Positions 52,048 through 56,253 of a stretch of DNA of 56,253 bases are shown piece by piece. Source of the DNA: Sphaerobacter sp. Its GTDB lineage: Bacteria; Chloroflexota; Chloroflexia; Thermomicrobiales; Thermomicrobiaceae. Each line of letters begins with the position of its first letter. Positions within the stretch are counted from its first letter, which is position 1. A program made the position numbers and the translations under genes. Location of the stretch: contig JASBVL010000060.1 in assembly GCA_029961075.1 (NCBI GenBank), positions 1-56,253 of the forward strand, written 5' to 3'. The notes below the pieces were generated by a model, which was not told the DNA's origin, searched no databases, and saw nothing but the letters and a program-made list of their open reading frames with translations.

Positions 52048-53076
52048 TCAGCGGGCGGCCAGGGCCGCATCCTCGGCGGCGTAGTCGAAGCGCGCGGGGT
52101 CGTACCGCGCCGGCGGGTGGGCGCGCTCCCAGGCGACAGCCCGGCGCAGCGCCTCGTCGACCGGCACCGGCTCGACGTAGCCAAGCTCCCCCCGGATGCG
52201 GCTGCTCTCCACCGACAGGTGCTGCGCCAGGTCGCCCGGGATCGACCCGGGGGCGCGCCAGCGATCGGCCGGCACGGTGACGACCTCGCCATCCCAGCCG
52301 GCTGCCTGGCCGATGGCCCGCACCCAGTCGGCCTCGGTGGGCGTCTCCGGCTCGGCGACATGGTAGATCCGCCCGGCGGCGCGCGGGTCGGTCGCCGCCA
52401 GCGCGATCGCCGCGGCGATGTTCTCGACGTACCCGCGGGCGCCCCGCCACCGCGCGGTCTGCTCGTCGAGGACGATGACCCGCCGGCCGTCGTCCATCCG
52501 CTTCAGGTAGAGGAAGAGCCGGTGCTGGGTGTCGCCCGGGCCGTAGACCATCGGCAGGCGCAGGACGGTGCCCGGCAGCTCCGGCTCGCTCATCACGATC
52601 TGCTCGACCAGGATCTTGTCGTAGTCGTCGCGCCAGCGGTCGGGGTCGTCGGCGGGGCGCGGCGGGGCGCTCCGGTAGGGGTAGCGGCGCTCCCGCAGCG
52701 GCGACGCCTCGGTGAGGGGCACCGGGTCGGGCGGGCCCGGCTCCACCCCAATGACGCGGCCGAAGGCGCGGTAGACGTCGATGCTGCTGATCACCGTGAG
52801 CCGCCCGGCGATGCCGCGCAGCCCGGCGACCGCGGCGCGGGCGTCGGCCGCGGTCATGGCGAACAGATCGACGGCGACCTCGGGCGCCAGGCGCGCCAGC
52901 TCGGCCCGCCGGGCGGGCAGCTCGCGCCGCTCGCCGTAGAGGTGGCGCACCGCGGGCGGCAGTGGGGCCGGCGTCTGGCCCCGATGGTAGAGCGTGACCT
53001 CGTGCCCCTGCGCGACGAGGTGCCGGACCAGGTGCGGGCCGATGAAGCGGGTCCCGCCGATGATCAGGATGCGCAT
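52048..53076 (-). CDS. NAD-dependent epimerase/dehydratase family protein (SDR).
   Basis: MRILIIGGTRFIGPHLVRHL Rossmann motif. Confidence 0.82.
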   Translation of the reverse strand: MRILIIGGTRFIGPHLVRHLVAQGHEVTLYHRGQTPAPLPPAVRHLYGERRELPARRAELARLAPEVAVDLFAMTAADARAAVAGLRGIAGRLTVISSIDVYRAFGRVIGVEPGPPDPVPLTEASPLRERRYPYRSAPPRPADDPDRWRDDYDKILVEQIVMSEPELPGTVLRLPMVYGPGDTQHRLFLYLKRMDDGRRVIVLDEQTARWRGARGYVENIAAAIALAATDPRAAGRIYHVAEPETPTEADWVRAIGQAAGWDGEVVTVPADRWRAPGSIPGDLAQHLSVESSRIRGELGYVEPVPVDEALRRAVAWERAHPPARYDPARFDYAAEDAALAAR

Positions 53077-53089
53077 TCGCTCCCCCTAC

Positions 53090-53220
53090 GCGGTAGGTGG
53101 TGCGTACGCCGTAGTCCGTGTTCCGTCCTGCTCCCCTCTCCCAGCGTTGGGAGAGGGGCCGGGGGTGAGGGTGGCGTATGACGCACTACGCACTCCGCAC
53201 TACGGTCTACGCGACACGCC
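53090..53220. repeat. Repeat family A copy A5, a complete element that abuts the hemE stop codon. Core: CTCCCCTCTCCCAGCGTTGGGAGAGGGGCCGGGGGTGAGGG.
   Basis: Seen in sequence. Confidence 0.75.
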
Positions 53221-54273
53221 TCACCCCTCACGCGCGCTCACCTCGTGCACCAGCTCGACGACGAAGCGGACGTTGTCCACCGGCGTCTCGGGCAGGATGC
53301 CGTGGCCCAGGTTGAAGATGTGGCCGGGGCGCCCGCCGGCGCGGCGGAGGATGTCCAGCACGTGCCGCTCGATCTCCTCGCGGGGGCCGAACAGGACGAG
53401 CGGGTCGAGGTTGCCCTGCACGGCCCGGTTGTGGCCGACGCGGGCCCAACCGTCGTCGAGCGCGATGCGCCAGTCGAGGCCGACCACGTCGGCACCGGTG
53501 GTCGCCAGGGCCGGGAGCAGCCCCGCCGTGCCGGTGCCGAACACGATCACCGGCGCGCCGAGCGGCGCCACCGCGGCGACGATGCGGCGCAGGGAGGGGA
53601 GCACGCGCCGCTCGAAGTCGCACGGGGCGAGCGCCCCGACCCAGGACTCGAAGAGCTGAACGGCCTGCGCCCCGGCCCGGATCTGCCCGGCCAGGTAGCG
53701 CGCCGTCATGTCGCTCAGCTTCGCCATCAGCGCCTCCCAGACTTCGGGGGCGCGGTACATGAGCGCTTTGGTGCGCCGGTAGTCGCGGGAGCTGCCGCCC
53801 TCGATGAGGTAGCTGGCGACGGTGAAGGGGCCGCCCGCGAAGCCGATCAGCGGCACCCGGCCGTCCAGCTCGTGCCGGACCAGGCGGATGGCCTCCAGCA
53901 CGCTCGGCGTGGCCTCCTCCGGCTCGCGCACGACCAGCGCCGCGACGTCGGCGGCGGTGCGCACCGGGTTGTGGATCACCGGCCCTTCCCCGGCGGCGAA
54001 CGTCAGCTCGATCCCCATCGGCACGAGCGGGAGCAGGATGTCGGCGAAGATGATGGCGGCGTCCACCCCGAGTCGGTCGATCGGCTGGAGGGTGACCTCG
54101 GCGGCGAGCTCGGGCTGGGCGCAGATCTCGAGTAAGGTGTGGCGGGCGCGGATGGCGCGGTACTCGGCCATGTAGCGTCCGGCCTGACGCATGAACCAGA
54201 CGGGCGTGCAGTCCACCGGCTGGCGCCGGCAGGCACGCAGAAAGCGGTCGGCGGCAATGGCTCCGTCGGCCAC
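53221..54273 (-). CDS. hemE: Uroporphyrinogen decarboxylase.
   Basis: [27 protein letters not shown]-terminal signature. GTG start with AGGAGG RBS. The track ORF is extended to 54501. Confidence 0.9.
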   Translation of the reverse strand: MADGAIAADRFLRACRRQPVDCTPVWFMRQAGRYMAEYRAIRARHTLLEICAQPELAAEVTLQPIDRLGVDAAIIFADILLPLVPMGIELTFAAGEGPVIHNPVRTAADVAALVVREPEEATPSVLEAIRLVRHELDGRVPLIGFAGGPFTVASYLIEGGSSRDYRRTKALMYRAPEVWEALMAKLSDMTARYLAGQIRAGAQAVQLFESWVGALAPCDFERRVLPSLRRIVAAVAPLGAPVIVFGTGTAGLLPALATTGADVVGLDWRIALDDGWARVGHNRAVQGNLDPLVLFGPREEIERHVLDILRRAGGRPGHIFNLGHGILPETPVDNVRFVVELVHEVSAREG

Positions 54274-54470
54274 GGGCTCCTCCTGTCGCGTCGGGCCGGA
54301 CACCGCGCTCCCCAGCCCGTCGAGGATTCTACCACCTCGTGGCCGGACCTTTGACACCGAGGAACCGGCGCGCGGGGCGGGCGGCGCGGGGTATACTCGG
54401 CGCCCAGGTCGACGACAGCAGGCAGGGGGGCGGCGTGCGACGCGCCGCGCCCGAGAGGGGAGGCGGTCCG

Positions 54471-54845
54471 ATGAGCACGGGCGAGCAGCGCGAGGGCGCA
54501 CCCGGCTTCTACGACGTGGCGGAGATTCCCGCCTTCTCGCCGCTGCCGGGGTTCACCATGCAGGCGATCCAGGGGCGGCGCCTGATGCTCAACTGGGTGC
54601 GGATCGCGCCGAACCAGACGATGCCGGCGCACCAGCACCCGCACGAGCAGGCGGGGGTCATGCTGGAGGGGACGCTCGAGCTGACGATCGGCGAGGAGAC
54701 GCGCGTGCTCCGGCCGGGGATGGCCTACACCATCCCGGGCGGGGTGGTGCATTCGGCGCGGACGTTCGCGGACGGGTGTCTGGTGCTGGACGTGTTCAGC
54801 CCGCCGCGGGAGGACTACGCGCGGCTGGCGGCGCAGGGGTCGTGA
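54471..54845 (+). CDS. Cupin-domain protein.
   Basis: Two-His cupin motif region [14 protein letters not shown]...PGGVVHS. RBS GAGAGGGGAGG. Confidence 0.72.
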   Translation: MSTGEQREGAPGFYDVAEIPAFSPLPGFTMQAIQGRRLMLNWVRIAPNQTMPAHQHPHEQAGVMLEGTLELTIGEETRVLRPGMAYTIPGGVVHSARTFADGCLVLDVFSPPREDYARLAAQGS

Positions 54846-54854
54846 GGCGGCAGG

Positions 54855-55020
54855 CGTCACCCGTCATGCGTCATACGTGATGGCGTATTGCGTATTCCGT
54901 GGTGCGTGGTGCGTGCCCCTCACCCCCGGCGCGTCTCCCAAGGCTTGGAGAGGGAAGAATACGGAATACGCAACACGCAGTACGCAATACTGCCCCGCCC
55001 CACGGATGACGGGTGACGCC
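54855..55020. repeat. Repeat family A copy A6, a complete element with clear terminal inverted repeats. GGCGTCACCCGTCAT on the left pairs with ATGACGGGTGACGCC on the right. The heptamer arms are GCGTATT GCGTATT CCGTGGT GCGTGGT, and the core lies in reversed orientation.
   Basis: Seen in sequence. Confidence 0.78.
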
Positions 55021-55116
55021 TAACGGCCGGTTGACACCCTGGCGATACCATGATATGCTCATGCCGCGATAACGGGCAGGCTCCAGCGGAGCAGATACGT
55101 TGGGCCGGGACAGCGC

Positions 55117-56193
55117 ATGGGCGAACTCATTCTGGGCCGGCCGGCGCTCAAGCTGGAATTCGCGGTGTCCGTGCCGCTCGACCTGACATCGGCGATATCG
55201 CTGGTCTATCGGGCGACCGACCCGCGGCGGTTTGACCGCTGGCTGGTTGAGGCGCGAGAACGCTTGGATCCGGAGACCCGGCACGATCTCGATACCGTGC
55301 TGGGCTGCTCTGGCCGGCTCCTGTACTACGTCGAAGAGTTGTTGATGTCCTTCGACCCGTTCGCACCGGCCCGGCTGGATGCCGACTTTGAGGACTACAT
55401 CCAGCACCTGCGGAGTCTGCCACCCTGGGCATATCATTCAATGATGGCACAGGCGTTGCTCAGGGTGTATCGCGACCGCGGCGTCACGGTGGCGCCGCCG
55501 GACACGGCGGATCGGGCCGCCTGGCGCGCGTTCATGGAACCAGGGATCACCCGCGCCGACCTGAACGAGGCGGTGGACCTGGTTCTGGCACCTGAACAAC
55601 TCAAGGCGCGTACGATCTCTCTGATCGAGCGCTTCTGGTACGACTGCTACGGCGAGGAGTACGCGCGCGCGCTGCCGGAGATGCGGCGCGCCCTGCGGCA
55701 AGCCCGCTCCACCACCTACCCGAGCGTCGCCGCTGCCTTCGAAGAGGTGAGCGGGCACCGGCTGCCGGAAGAGGTGCAGATCGCCCTGCCGCAGGTAGAG
55801 CGCGTCACCGTCTGCCCGTCGTACCACCTGGGGAACTTCGCGCAGTTCATCCTGTATCCGCCGGAGTTGATCCTCTACTTCAACTGCCAGCGCACCAGCG
55901 CGGTCACCCAGCCCGCACGAGGATCCAACCTCTCGGCCGATCTCCTCCCCGGGTTGCGAGCGCTCGCCGATGGGACCCGCCTCCGCATCATCGAGATGCT
56001 GCAGGGCGGGGAGATGTACGCGCAGGAGATCGTTGGTCGGCTGGGGATCAGCCAGTCCGCGGTGTCGCGTCACCTGGCCATGCTGGAAGCTGCGGACATC
56101 GTTCGGGTGCGGCCGACCAACGGCATGAAGTACTACGCGATCAACGCTCGGCGCCTTCGGCAGATTGCCGAGGAGCTCGAGCAGATCGGCTGA
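55117..56193 (+). CDS. ArsR-family winged-helix transcriptional regulator with an N-terminal domain of unknown function of about 270 aa.
   Basis: C-terminal LRALADGTRLRIIEMLQGGEMYAQEIVGRLGISQSAVSRHLAMLEAADIV is an ArsR/SmtB-type HTH. Confidence 0.7.
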   Translation: MGELILGRPALKLEFAVSVPLDLTSAISLVYRATDPRRFDRWLVEARERLDPETRHDLDTVLGCSGRLLYYVEELLMSFDPFAPARLDADFEDYIQHLRSLPPWAYHSMMAQALLRVYRDRGVTVAPPDTADRAAWRAFMEPGITRADLNEAVDLVLAPEQLKARTISLIERFWYDCYGEEYARALPEMRRALRQARSTTYPSVAAAFEEVSGHRLPEEVQIALPQVERVTVCPSYHLGNFAQFILYPPELILYFNCQRTSAVTQPARGSNLSADLLPGLRALADGTRLRIIEMLQGGEMYAQEIVGRLGISQSAVSRHLAMLEAADIVRVRPTNGMKYYAINARRLRQIAEELEQIG

Positions 56194-56253
56194 CGATCAT
56201 CGCGCCGCATGGCAGGTGATCGACCTTAACAATGCGAACACGCGGTTACGCGC

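Overview
This is a high-GC (about 70%) bacterial chromosomal segment, densely packed with protein-coding genes. No rRNA, tRNA, CRISPR array, integrase or transposase is recognisable. The lineage is probably a monoderm-type or Chloroflexi/Deinococcus-like organism, judging from the short YidC, the hemE-hemH-hemY layout and the class II RNR; this is inference only.

Core genes, in order along the window:
- mreB, a cytochrome P450, Mn-catalase, yidC and the B12-dependent class II ribonucleotide reductase nrdJ with tandem NrdR boxes upstream.
- a flotillin/NfeD pair.
- two paralogous ECF sigma/anti-sigma modules.
- an M28 peptidase, threonine aldolase, an MFS transporter, an FHA-domain protein and ndk.
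- a MOSC-domain gene preceded by a tandem 18-bp palindrome.
- a TPR/roadblock pair, a queuosine-salvage (DUF2419-like) gene and an ABC-2 exporter.
- a heme cluster: hemE, an NAD-epimerase, hemH and hemY.

The most striking feature is at the 5' end. A low-GC cassette carries a TaqI/PaeR7I-like gamma-class N6-adenine methyltransferase. A 4-nt-overlapping companion ORF, a putative restriction endonuclease, follows it. The cassette sits next to a membrane HExxH metalloprotease gene. Window positions 1-55 are an exact copy of positions 3025-3079 inside that gene. This is the signature of an R-M insertion with a long target duplication.

The intergenic space is populated by at least three dispersed repeat families:
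- family A: large imperfect palindromes built from tandem heptamers around a GGGAGAGGGGCCGGGGGTGAGGG core, six copies.
- family B: GGCACGAGGCCCTCCCCTACCGG-type units in both orientations, four clusters.
- family C: AAGCCCACTAAAGG units, one cluster.

Several accessory genes look disrupted:
- a vapC PIN toxin with two compensating frameshifts.
- a DUF5615 toxin with a frameshift, while its DUF433 partner is intact.
- an anti-sigma-like zinc-finger/beta-propeller gene with a frameshift inside a GCTGGC repeat and an in-frame TAG.
- a truncated SnoaL-like fragment.

Either real gene decay or sequencing indels could explain these.

A tandem trio of DnaA boxes lies in a 420-bp intergenic region. A chromosomal origin seems unlikely from gene orientation.
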